From NCBI GenBank assembly GCA_964463135.1, contig CAYXBA010000003.1, forward strand, positions 228,012 through 260,011: DNA of 32,000 nt, read 5' to 3'. A program made the position numbers and the translations under genes. Positions 23,430-31,130 of the stretch are shown here, piece by piece. Positions within the stretch are counted from its first letter, which is position 1, and each line of letters begins with the position of its first letter. Under the pieces are notes generated by a model. The model did no database searches. It was given only the letters and a program-made list of their open reading frames with translations, and was not told where the DNA came from. The DNA is from an uncultured Nitrospiraceae bacterium. Its GTDB lineage: Bacteria > Nitrospirota > Thermodesulfovibrionia > Thermodesulfovibrionales > UBA6898.

Positions 23430-24658
23430 AGCAATGCCTCTATCTCCATATCCGTGATCTTCTTTGAAACAAACTCGGGTTCTACATTATACGTCTTTTT
23501 CTCCCTGCCGAGCGTAACTTCGCCGCCGCCGGTGATATTCAACAGGACCGTATCCGCACTGCTCACCGCCTTCTTCTGCACAGCCTGTCTCAGTGCACCG
23601 ACAGCAACACCCGCAGCAGCAACAATATCAATGCCCTCAAGGTTGCTGAACAGTTCCATGGATTCAAAGACTTCCCGGTTCGTAACGCCGTACATTGCAC
23701 CGCCGCAGGCATGCATCGCATCGAAGACGCCCCCCTTAACAGCGTATGCAGGATAACGGGTCGAAAGCACGCGCGTCGTTATCTGGCCGATCAGTTCAGG
23801 CCGCAGGTCTTCAGAAAAAAGCTCCCTGCTGCTTTTTTCCCATGCCTTTACCATCGGCGCGAACGGCAGGTTCTGCGCAAGATGGAGCTTCGGAAGGCGG
23901 CTGCCGAACCGGCCGTCACGCAGGAATCTTTCTGACATCTCCCACACGCCGACGCCTCCTGTGCCGCTGCCGACAGCCTGAAAATAATGGTCTGGCAGTT
24001 TCCTGATCTTTGAGACCGCCTCAAGGATCGTCGAGCCGAGCCCGTCCCGCTTTGCAATATTCTTCACCCCGCCCTCGAACGGGAAGCCCGAGATCGCCGC
24101 TATCCTCCTCGCCACGTCAATGGCATCGGAATAATCGCCGTCACCCACAGCAAGCGTAGGCACCATGGAGGAGCTTTCGAGATACCACATCTCTGTCAGG
24201 CACATCCGGGGCACAACGATCACCACAGGAAAACCTGAGACAACAGAAAGATGGGCAAAGGCGCGGGCAGTGTTCCCTGCCGATGCAACGATCAGCCCCT
24301 CGACCCTGTTCTCAGCCGCATTCTGCAGCACGATCGCTGCTTCAAACTCTTTGAAGGTGCAGGTCTGGAGCAGTGCTCCCCTTTCCGGCCAGAAGCCGTT
24401 AAAGGCGATATAGAGATCTTCAAGACCGAGGTGCCGCGCAAGCCACTCGGACTTGTACACCAGCGTGCCCGGCTGCTCAAAGGTCGGTGTATGCACAGGC
24501 AGCCAGTTGAACTTCCAGATGCCGCTGCCGCAGTCGTCACGAAACGCGTCTTTATATTTCGTGACCAGCAGGGAATCCGGGCAGTGCTCGCAGAACGCAC
24601 AATAGACATCGGTCAGTTCCTTGCCGCATCCTCTGCAGGTTATCGTAAAATGACTCAT
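23405..24658 (-). CDS. threonine-synthase-fold PLP enzyme, cysteate-synthase-like
   Basis: 417 aa. N-terminal 4-Cys ribbon CRGCG..CAFCEHC. PLP fold-type II core (TCTFKEFEA lysine context, VASAGNTARAFA, QAVGSGTGG). The cysteate synthase call rests on adjacency to the decarboxylase and on knowledge of the Methanosarcinales CoM route. A plain threonine synthase is not excluded. Confidence 0.5.
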   Translation of the reverse strand: MSHFTITCRGCGKELTDVYCAFCEHCPDSLLVTKYKDAFRDDCGSGIWKFNWLPVHTPTFEQPGTLVYKSEWLARHLGLEDLYIAFNGFWPERGALLQTCTFKEFEAAIVLQNAAENRVEGLIVASAGNTARAFAHLSVVSGFPVVIVVPRMCLTEMWYLESSSMVPTLAVGDGDYSDAIDVARRIAAISGFPFEGGVKNIAKRDGLGSTILEAVSKIRKLPDHYFQAVGSGTGGVGVWEMSERFLRDGRFGSRLPKLHLAQNLPFAPMVKAWEKSSRELFSEDLRPELIGQITTRVLSTRYPAYAVKGGVFDAMHACGGAMYGVTNREVFESMELFSNLEGIDIVAAAGVAVGALRQAVQKKAVSSADTVLLNITGGGEVTLGREKKTYNVEPEFVSKKITDMEIEALLCRILKKN

Positions 24659-25884
24659 TTGCCAACCCTCTCCACATGCTGTGCGAAAAGCTCCATGATG
24701 TCAACGATCGGGATCTTTTTGTCGTGGTCCTGCATTGCCTCGTTCACCTTGCCGTAGCAGGCCGGGCAGCTGAGGATCAGTTTGTCCGCCTTTTTGGCAA
24801 CAGCCTCATCGATCGCAAGCCTGCCGATGGCAATGGCATTTTCATGAAACACCTTCCTGACAGCGCCGCCTGCGCCGCAGCAGCGGGACTCGCTGCCATG
24901 CCGGTCGAACTCCAGCAGTTCCAGCCCCGGTATGGACCTGAGCACCTGCCTCGGCTCTTCAATGACACCAACGCCCCGGCTCAGATAGCAGGGGTCGTGA
25001 TAGATGATACGCTCCTTCAATTCTTTCTTTACCGTGATCTTCCGCTGCTGTAAAGCATCTGCAACAAACTGGGTCATATGCCGGATCTTGAACGGCAGTT
25101 CCTGTCCATAAAAGGCCGGCCAGTCCCTGGTCATGATATTCACACAGCAGGGACAGGAGCAGACAAGCATCTTCACGCCTTTCGCCTTGTACGCATTAAC
25201 GAGACGCTTTGTGAGGTCCTCAAGCATATCGTGCTGACCTGAAATGAAGAGCGGGAATCCGCAGCATACCTCCTCTTCCTCAGTAAGCATGGTGAACGGG
25301 TCTCCGATCGCATCAAGCACCAGCACATCCCCTCTCACCATCGGCTTTGCGCCGTACACGCCGGAGCAGCCGGCATAATAGGCGATCTCCGATCTCTCTG
25401 CCACCTTCACCTGTTCCGGGAACCACGGCTTGAAACGTTCTTCGACCGGGAAGTTATACGGATTGCCGCTCTTTTTTATCGCAGCAGGCATGTTCGTCAA
25501 TATCTCATAATCCACAAGACCCCGGTCGAACATCTCTTTTCTGAGATAGGGCCAGAGCCGCTGCGTAAAGATGCCGACAGCACATTTCTGGCCGCAGGCA
25601 CCGCAGGTCGTGCATTCAAAGACCGCCTTCGTGAAATCTTCGAGTACCGCTCTGTCGATCTCCTTTGGATTGAAGAAGCGTGCCTTCAGCCCCCCGGTTG
25701 CCTTGATGAATTCCTTGAATACCCTGATCTTCTCCGGCGTTGATATGGAAGGCCTGTGGGTAACTTCCTGGACAGGACAGTGCTGGAGGCACTCTCCGCA
25801 CTGGGTGCAGGCATCCAGTTCCAGCACCTGCATGGGTGTCAGGTTGTTGGTGAACGACCCTTTCTTATCTTTCATGGATGACAT
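24655..25884 (-). CDS. HdrD/DsrK-like Fe-S protein with CCG domains
   Basis: 409 aa. Two ferredoxin motifs (CTQCGECLQHCP, CTTCGACGQKC). Two Cys-rich CCG-type repeats (VCCGFPL with CSCPCC; RCCGAGG with SCPACY). ATGA overlap with the downstream PLP enzyme gene. Confidence 0.8.
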   Translation of the reverse strand: MSSMKDKKGSFTNNLTPMQVLELDACTQCGECLQHCPVQEVTHRPSISTPEKIRVFKEFIKATGGLKARFFNPKEIDRAVLEDFTKAVFECTTCGACGQKCAVGIFTQRLWPYLRKEMFDRGLVDYEILTNMPAAIKKSGNPYNFPVEERFKPWFPEQVKVAERSEIAYYAGCSGVYGAKPMVRGDVLVLDAIGDPFTMLTEEEEVCCGFPLFISGQHDMLEDLTKRLVNAYKAKGVKMLVCSCPCCVNIMTRDWPAFYGQELPFKIRHMTQFVADALQQRKITVKKELKERIIYHDPCYLSRGVGVIEEPRQVLRSIPGLELLEFDRHGSESRCCGAGGAVRKVFHENAIAIGRLAIDEAVAKKADKLILSCPACYGKVNEAMQDHDKKIPIVDIMELFAQHVERVGK

Positions 25885-26551
25885 ATTTCAGCTCCTCCCT
25901 TCTCCTGTTCGCTTCCAGATTCACAAAAGGCGCCGCGATAATATGTGTCGGAAGAAAAGGAAGGAGAAGGAGAAACAACCCCAAGTGAAAAAGAAACAGC
26001 ATGCTGTCCGGCAGGGGCTGGGGACTCAGGCCAAAGATGCCGAGAGAGAACTGCTTCACGCCGAGCACATCCGGCCGGTAAAACATTCTCATCGCCAGTC
26101 CGACAGAGCCGGTTAATAACAGGATGCCTGAAATAATATAGTTATAGGAAGAAGTATACCTGTCCTTTTTCTGCACTGTTCTCAAGGCTATGAGATATAC
26201 CAGGGAAAGGGGAAGCAGATATCCTGCGACGAGGCCGACCGGCTGCAGAAAGATCATGCAGTCAGGCAGCCGGGGGAAGAAAAATCTCATATGGCGAAGC
26301 GCCACCCAAAAAAGGGACATATGAAATACCCAGGACCCTGCCCAGAGGGCCCTGCTGGAACTGAAGATCCTCCGGAAAAAAAGAATGTCGAGGACAGTGG
26401 CGATATAGACCGAAGCAGGCACTCTGCGGAGAAAGACCGGATAGTGGCTTGCAGAGGCTGAAGCCCGGAGCGCCTGAATGCCCTGCCAGGCAAAGCGGAC
26501 CAGAAAATAGAGATAGGCGGCAATGGCAGCAAAAAAAAAGATCAATGACAT
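25865..26551 (-). CDS. NarI/DsrM/HdrE-like membrane dihaem cytochrome b
   Basis: 228 aa with about 5 TM helices. Paired His contexts WVFHMSLFWVALRH and LFLFHLGLF..LPTH resemble NarI-family haem ligation. Its 3' end overlaps the HdrD-like start by 20 nt. Confidence 0.6.
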   Translation of the reverse strand: MSLIFFFAAIAAYLYFLVRFAWQGIQALRASASASHYPVFLRRVPASVYIATVLDILFFRRIFSSSRALWAGSWVFHMSLFWVALRHMRFFFPRLPDCMIFLQPVGLVAGYLLPLSLVYLIALRTVQKKDRYTSSYNYIISGILLLTGSVGLAMRMFYRPDVLGVKQFSLGIFGLSPQPLPDSMLFLFHLGLFLLLLPFLPTHIIAAPFVNLEANRRREELKYVIHER

Positions 26552-26577
26552 AACCCTGCTTTTCGCAGCATTACACC

Positions 26578-27054
26578 TTATGCCCCATCAGGCATATAGC
26601 CTATCCTGAGACATCCCCAGTGACGGCCCTTGACCGCAATCGGCATCGCCATATCCATTGCAAGTTCACCGCCGGCAGCCGCCGGCCTCCGGAACGGCTG
26701 CGCCAGCAACCGGGTGGTCTTTGAGCCGCTGAGAGATACCGGATCGGTCATTTTGACCAAGGCCCTTGCAGGCATGATATGGGTCGGCATGTACCCGTTC
26801 CTGTCCATCGCAACCACATACAGCAGACGTCTGTCCTTCTGTGCCCACCGTTTCAGGACAGGCAGCACGTCCGCATCGAAGAACCTGTTTGAACGGGCTT
26901 TGAACTTGCCCTCTTCTGCAGTCTTACTATAGTTTTCATCAAAGAGGGAATCCATGTCGATCCTGGACTGCCGCACCGCCTCTTCAAGCAGGGCGGCAAA
27001 CTCGACGGCCAGGGTCTTAAGATACGCCTCCATCTCGGTAAATATCATAGACAT
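26578..27054 (-). CDS. cytoplasmic Cache/PAS-like domain protein (function unknown)
   Basis: 158 aa with no signal peptide or TM helix. LLYVVAMDRNGYMPTHIMP resembles the core strand-turn of Cache/PDC-type ligand-binding domains. RBS GGGAGGG upstream. Confidence 0.45.
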   Translation of the reverse strand: MSMIFTEMEAYLKTLAVEFAALLEEAVRQSRIDMDSLFDENYSKTAEEGKFKARSNRFFDADVLPVLKRWAQKDRRLLYVVAMDRNGYMPTHIMPARALVKMTDPVSLSGSKTTRLLAQPFRRPAAAGGELAMDMAMPIAVKGRHWGCLRIGYMPDGA

Positions 27055-27169
27055 AAGCCTGCCCTCCCAATATTGTTATTCCCATTATTCAAGATGCGCC
27101 TGCAGCCCGAACAGAATATCCTGCACTATATTTTCATCATATCATAATCCGGTAATGTCTTCTCCGTCC

Positions 27170-27502
27170 CTAATCCTTCTCCTCGATGAACGTCATGCCT
27201 ACCGGCCGCGGCAGACATGCCCCGGCTTCCACTTCGATCGCCTTCAGGATGGCCGACGGCACAGGACATGCCGCATGTTTCAGGTTCTTTGAGGCAGAAC
27301 GGTACACCGGGTTATGCAGTATTACCGAGAACGGGGCCCTGAACTCGAGGAACGCGATATCCTCTTCCATCTTCTTTACCATCCCGCATTCCGTCTCGAG
27401 ACTGATATGAAAGTTTCTGTCCTTGTCGCGCCGGACTCTCACAACGACCGTAAACCCGCATACCCCTGAGTTGACCTGAAGCGTAGTCAATGCACCTCCC
27501 AT
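27170..27502 (-). CDS. small conserved-looking Cys protein (unknown function)
   Basis: The track ORF starts at GTG 27583, immediately after a hairpin. I prefer ATG 27502 (MGGALTTLQVNSGVCGF...). Cys contexts: SGVCGF, LETECGM, KHAACPVPSAILKAIEVEAGACLP. Confidence 0.45.
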   Translation of the reverse strand: MGGALTTLQVNSGVCGFTVVVRVRRDKDRNFHISLETECGMVKKMEEDIAFLEFRAPFSVILHNPVYRSASKNLKHAACPVPSAILKAIEVEAGACLPRPVGMTFIEEKD

Positions 27503-27584
27503 GCTCTTCTGCGGGCCACGTGATGCAAGGGGGAGGGGATTTCCTGGAGGGGAAATGGTCCCTTGCATCCGCATGGCCCGCACA

Positions 27585-27610
27585 AGAGAGGCAGAAGATA
27601 CTGCCTCTCT
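27585..27610 (-). terminator. perfect 10-bp hairpin just downstream of the RACo-type gene (attenuator, terminator or stability element)
   Basis: AGAGAGGCAG (27585-27594) and CTGCCTCTCT (27601-27610) with a 6-nt loop. It lies 8 nt after the minus-strand stop at 27619. Only 2 U residues follow, so it is not a canonical terminator. Confidence 0.4.
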
Positions 27611-27618
27611 TCCTGAGC

Positions 27619-29610
27619 TCAGCCTTTAATGGATGCCGCTATCGGCGCCTTCTGCTCTTCAAGCAAAGCCTTCAGATTCGGGAACTTGTCCTTCATATGC
27701 GGAATATGCATGGCCATCATAAATTCCTTTTCGAAGGCAGGCTCTGTAGCGATCTCGACAAACTCGACCCAGCGGGCGCGCTCATCAGCCTCGATGCGTT
27801 TGCCCCTGTTCAGCAGGGTCATGCGTGAACCGTCACCCGCCGCGTTGCCGACCACAACGACCTTCTCTATCGGCACATCAGGGAAAAGACCCAGGGCAAG
27901 CGAGGCCTCGCGGTCTATGTGGCTGCCGAATGCACCGGCAAGCTCAACACGGTCAAGCTTGGTGACGCCCATCTTCTGCATCATCAGCTTCACACCGGCA
28001 TAGAGAGCGCCCTTTGCCAGCTGGAGCGCCCTGACATCTCCCTGCGTCACGGTAATGTCCTGATTGATCGAGGTCTGGTCTGCCCATGCAAGGACGTATT
28101 CAGGCTTGCCTTCCTCGTCCTTGCGTATCCGATTCGTATTTGCGTCAGTCACGAACTTGCCGGTCTTGTCGATGATACCTGCCTTGAACATCTCTGCGAT
28201 CACGTCAATGATCGCTGATCCGCAGATGCCCTTTGCATCGATCTTGCCCTCGATATGCGTATGCCAGTCAGCCTTGCCGATCACCTTGTACTGGGGCTCC
28301 TTGGTGGCAGGGTCGATCTGCACCTTCTCGATCGCACCCGGTGCGGCACGCATGCCGAACTTGATCTGCGCTCCTTCGAACGCTGGACCGGTGGCACAGG
28401 AGGTCGAGCATACCCTGTCCTTGTTGCCGAGCAGGAGCTCTCCATTAGTGCCGATATCAATGATCAGTACCATGTCGTCCTGGAAATACTGTTCCCGGGC
28501 GATCAGCACGCCGACATTATCGGCGCCGACAAATCCTGCCTCGATCGGCAGCACATGGATAAACGAACCGGGGTTGATCTTAAGCCCCAGATCGCGGGCC
28601 TTGATATCGAGCGACTTCTGTACCGCAGGAATGAACGGCGAGCGGCCGATATAGACCGGGTTCAGACCGAGGAAGATATGGTGCATTGCCGTATTGAAAA
28701 CTATCGTCAGGTCATCGATCGCAAAGCCGGGGTTCGGCCCGTCCTTTCTGACCTCGCTCACGACCTTATTTATGATCTCATTCAGGCCGGTGATGATCGC
28801 ATCCTGCATGGTCTTCAGGCCTTCAGGGTTTGACATGGCATACGTGATCCGGGACATGACATCTTCGCCGTACGGGACCTGGGGGTTCATCATCGATTCG
28901 GTATTGATCACCTTGCCGGTCGACAGGTCGCAGAGATAACCGACACAGGTGGTCGTCCCGACATCAACTGCCAGACCGTAGCAGACATCCACATGACCGG
29001 CCTCGACCTTCACGATCTCCTTGTCCTGCCAGACCGTGGCCGTTATGGTCCATTCTCCCTGGCGCAGCGCGTCCTGCAGCCCGAGCAGAACCTCGAAATC
29101 GAACTTCAGGTCCTTCAGGCCATAGGTCTCTTCAAGCGCCCTGATCACCCGCTCATAATCGCCGGTCGTCATGTCATGCAGGGTCGGCGGTGTCAGCGTA
29201 AGCGGATATTTTTTGACTGCAGGATCGAGCGCAATGGTCAGTTCACTGGCAGCTTTTCTGACCACCTGCTTTCCTGCCCGCGAACGCTCAGGAACAAAGA
29301 CCTTCAGGTCGCCATGGATGTGGCATGAACAGGCCAGCCGCACGCCCGGCCCGTCCTCAGGCTTGATATGCTTCAGTTCGTCAGCACCAGCCTCGGGCGG
29401 GATGATATGGGACATGCCGGACTCGAGATTGTCCTTTTCGAAATATCCCTCCTCAATCCGCACCTTGCATTTTCCGCATACTTTTTTATCACCGCAGAGG
29501 GCTTCGAGGTCAACGCCCAGAAGCTGTGCAGCCTTGAGGATCGTGGTCCCCTCTTCTATTTCTCCCCGCCTGCCTGCAGGCTGGAAAATTACCTTGAATT
29601 TACGACTCAT
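27619..29610 (-). CDS. RACo-type reductive activator of corrinoid proteins (2Fe-2S ferredoxin domain + ASKHA ATPase)
   Basis: 663 aa. The N-terminal plant-type ferredoxin motif is CGDKKVCGKC...RLACSC. The large C-terminal ASKHA/DUF4445-like body contains LAVDVGTTTC, IIDIGTNGE, CATGPAFEG and NAAGDG. Strong RBS AAGGAGGA. Confidence 0.85.
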   Translation of the reverse strand: MSRKFKVIFQPAGRRGEIEEGTTILKAAQLLGVDLEALCGDKKVCGKCKVRIEEGYFEKDNLESGMSHIIPPEAGADELKHIKPEDGPGVRLACSCHIHGDLKVFVPERSRAGKQVVRKAASELTIALDPAVKKYPLTLTPPTLHDMTTGDYERVIRALEETYGLKDLKFDFEVLLGLQDALRQGEWTITATVWQDKEIVKVEAGHVDVCYGLAVDVGTTTCVGYLCDLSTGKVINTESMMNPQVPYGEDVMSRITYAMSNPEGLKTMQDAIITGLNEIINKVVSEVRKDGPNPGFAIDDLTIVFNTAMHHIFLGLNPVYIGRSPFIPAVQKSLDIKARDLGLKINPGSFIHVLPIEAGFVGADNVGVLIAREQYFQDDMVLIIDIGTNGELLLGNKDRVCSTSCATGPAFEGAQIKFGMRAAPGAIEKVQIDPATKEPQYKVIGKADWHTHIEGKIDAKGICGSAIIDVIAEMFKAGIIDKTGKFVTDANTNRIRKDEEGKPEYVLAWADQTSINQDITVTQGDVRALQLAKGALYAGVKLMMQKMGVTKLDRVELAGAFGSHIDREASLALGLFPDVPIEKVVVVGNAAGDGSRMTLLNRGKRIEADERARWVEFVEIATEPAFEKEFMMAMHIPHMKDKFPNLKALLEEQKAPIAASIKG

Positions 29611-29764
29611 CTATATATCCTCCTTGATTTCGGTAACCACAAGAATACGTTACTATTTGCAAAATCCCTCCTATCCTCCCTTTGTCAAAGAGAGGAATAA
29701 TCCCCTTTTTAGCAACCAACAGTAGGTGCCTTATGCAAGAGGGGTGAGGGAGATACCTGCTTTT

Positions 29765-29792
29765 TACTGCCTAATGCTTACTGCCTACTGCT
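29765..29792. repeat. four tandem heptamers spanning a stop codon
   Basis: TACTGCC TAATGCT TACTGCC TACTGCT (29765-29792). On the minus-strand mRNA this reads AGCAGUA GGCAGUA AGCAUUA GGCAGUA. The QueG-like stop (29778-29780) lies inside the array. Confidence 0.5.
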
Positions 29793-30440
29793 CCCGACTC
29801 TCTCTGTCTTCTTCCTGGTCCGCGAATACGGGCAGACCGTAACGCAGAATCCGCAGTTCGGCTTGCCGTCAAGGGCCTGGCGGCTGCTCTTGAGCGCCGC
29901 ACACTTTTCGTATGCAACGAGCTTCAGCCGGGGATTGCGTATGGACCAGTGGCCGCCTTTGACCGCTCCTGAAGGGCAGTGCGTAACACATAGGACACAG
30001 TCTCCACACTCCGACTCCCTCACCGGCTCGTCCGCATCAAGAGGGGCATTGGTCAGCACCGTTGCCCAGCAGAGCCGCGATCCATACTGCCGGTTGATCA
30101 GAAGCCCGTTCTTGCCGACCCATCCGAGACCGGAGCAGGTCGCTGCCGTCTTATGGCAGAAGAGCTTGTACAGCCTGGTTATCAGCTTGTCCTTCTGCCG
30201 GTCCGAGTCAGGGGGGATCGAAAGGTTCCGATACCCCCGTGCACTCAGCCATGCCACGGTCAGCCCCTGCAGTCGTGCCAGAAGACGGATCGTTTCCCTG
30301 TTCAGGTTCCTGTTCACGGCAATCGCGATGCCGCGGTTCAGATGGACGATCTCTTTTGACAGGGCCTCGGTCACATCGCCGACACCGACCAGCGTTGCTC
30401 CTTCGCTCTTCAGGTACTGCTTGAGCGGGTCTGCATTCAC
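29778..30440 (-). CDS. short QueG/reductive-dehalogenase-like 2x[4Fe-4S] protein
   Basis: 220 aa. GLGWVGKNGLLINRQYGSRLCWATVLTNAPL matches the QueG-type core. Cluster motifs CGDCVLCVTHCP and CGFCVTVCPY. It is much shorter than full-length epoxyqueuosine reductase. Confidence 0.6.
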   Translation of the reverse strand: MNADPLKQYLKSEGATLVGVGDVTEALSKEIVHLNRGIAIAVNRNLNRETIRLLARLQGLTVAWLSARGYRNLSIPPDSDRQKDKLITRLYKLFCHKTAATCSGLGWVGKNGLLINRQYGSRLCWATVLTNAPLDADEPVRESECGDCVLCVTHCPSGAVKGGHWSIRNPRLKLVAYEKCAALKSSRQALDGKPNCGFCVTVCPYSRTRKKTERVGSSRQ

Positions 30441-30443
30441 CGG

Positions 30444-31130
30444 TTACTGCTTTGCAGCTTTTTCATCCCTCAGCTTCTTCAGGAACGCAACCATCTTGAT
30501 CGCCTCTTTCAGTGCGTTGCTGGCGTCTTCAGCATACCCGTCAGCACCCCACTTGTCTGCGAGGTCCTTGGATGTGGGGGCTCCGCCGATCATGATCATG
30601 CAGTTGGGGTTCTTGGCCTTGATCTTTTCGATGACGGTCGGCATGCCGACCATGGATGTGGTCATCATGGCAGACAGGCAGACCAGGTCAGAGTCTGTCT
30701 TGAGCTGCTCATCCACGAACTTGTCCAGGGGCACGTCGCGGCCGAGGTCATAGACATTAAAGCCCGCGACATCGAACATCATCTTGACGAGGTTCTTGCC
30801 GATATCATGGACATCGCCTTCGACCGTGCCGATAACGACCGAGCCCTTCAGGCCGAGGTCCATCTGCTTGCAGTGCGGCTTCAGTATGTCGAGTCCTGCG
30901 TACAGGGCGTCAGCACACATCAGGATCTCGGGAACAAAATATTCCTGTGCCTCGAAAAGCCTGCCGACCTCTTCCATGCCGGAGACGAGGCCGTCGAAGA
31001 TCGCCTCGTTCGCATCAAGGCCTGCTTCAAGGGCCTCGTTCGCGCCTTCCCTACATGCGTCCTCGTCATACTGGATAACGCCGTTCCTCAACTTCTCAAG
31101 GATCTCTTTCTTTCTCGCTTCATCTGCCAT
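30444..31130 (-). CDS. corrinoid (cobalamin-binding) methyl-carrier protein, MtaC/MtbC-like
   Basis: 228 aa. An N-terminal helical cap is followed by a B12-binding Rossmann domain with GDVHDIGKN (DxHxxG), LSAMMTT and MIGGAP. Confidence 0.9.
   Translation of the reverse strand: MADEARKKEILEKLRNGVIQYDEDACREGANEALEAGLDANEAIFDGLVSGMEEVGRLFEAQEYFVPEILMCADALYAGLDILKPHCKQMDLGLKGSVVIGTVEGDVHDIGKNLVKMMFDVAGFNVYDLGRDVPLDKFVDEQLKTDSDLVCLSAMMTTSMVGMPTVIEKIKAKNPNCMIMIGGAPTSKDLADKWGADGYAEDASNALKEAIKMVAFLKKLRDEKAAKQ

Noticed and set aside
27503-27583. GTG start at 27583 adding 27 residues (MRAMRMQGTISPPGNPLPLASRGPQKS) to the small Cys protein
   Set aside because: The start codon would sit immediately after the 10-bp hairpin, and the extension is low-complexity. 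ATG 27502 is more plausible, though its RBS is weak.
29611-29777. Cobalamin riboswitch upstream of the RACo-type gene
   Set aside because: I could not find a B12-box-like GCCACUG core or the usual multi-stem layout on the minus strand, so it is not called.
29765-29792. Heptamer repeats as a CRISPR or VNTR-type array
   Set aside because: There are only four 7-nt units with no spacers, and no cas genes. It is too short for either class and is kept only as a small tandem repeat.
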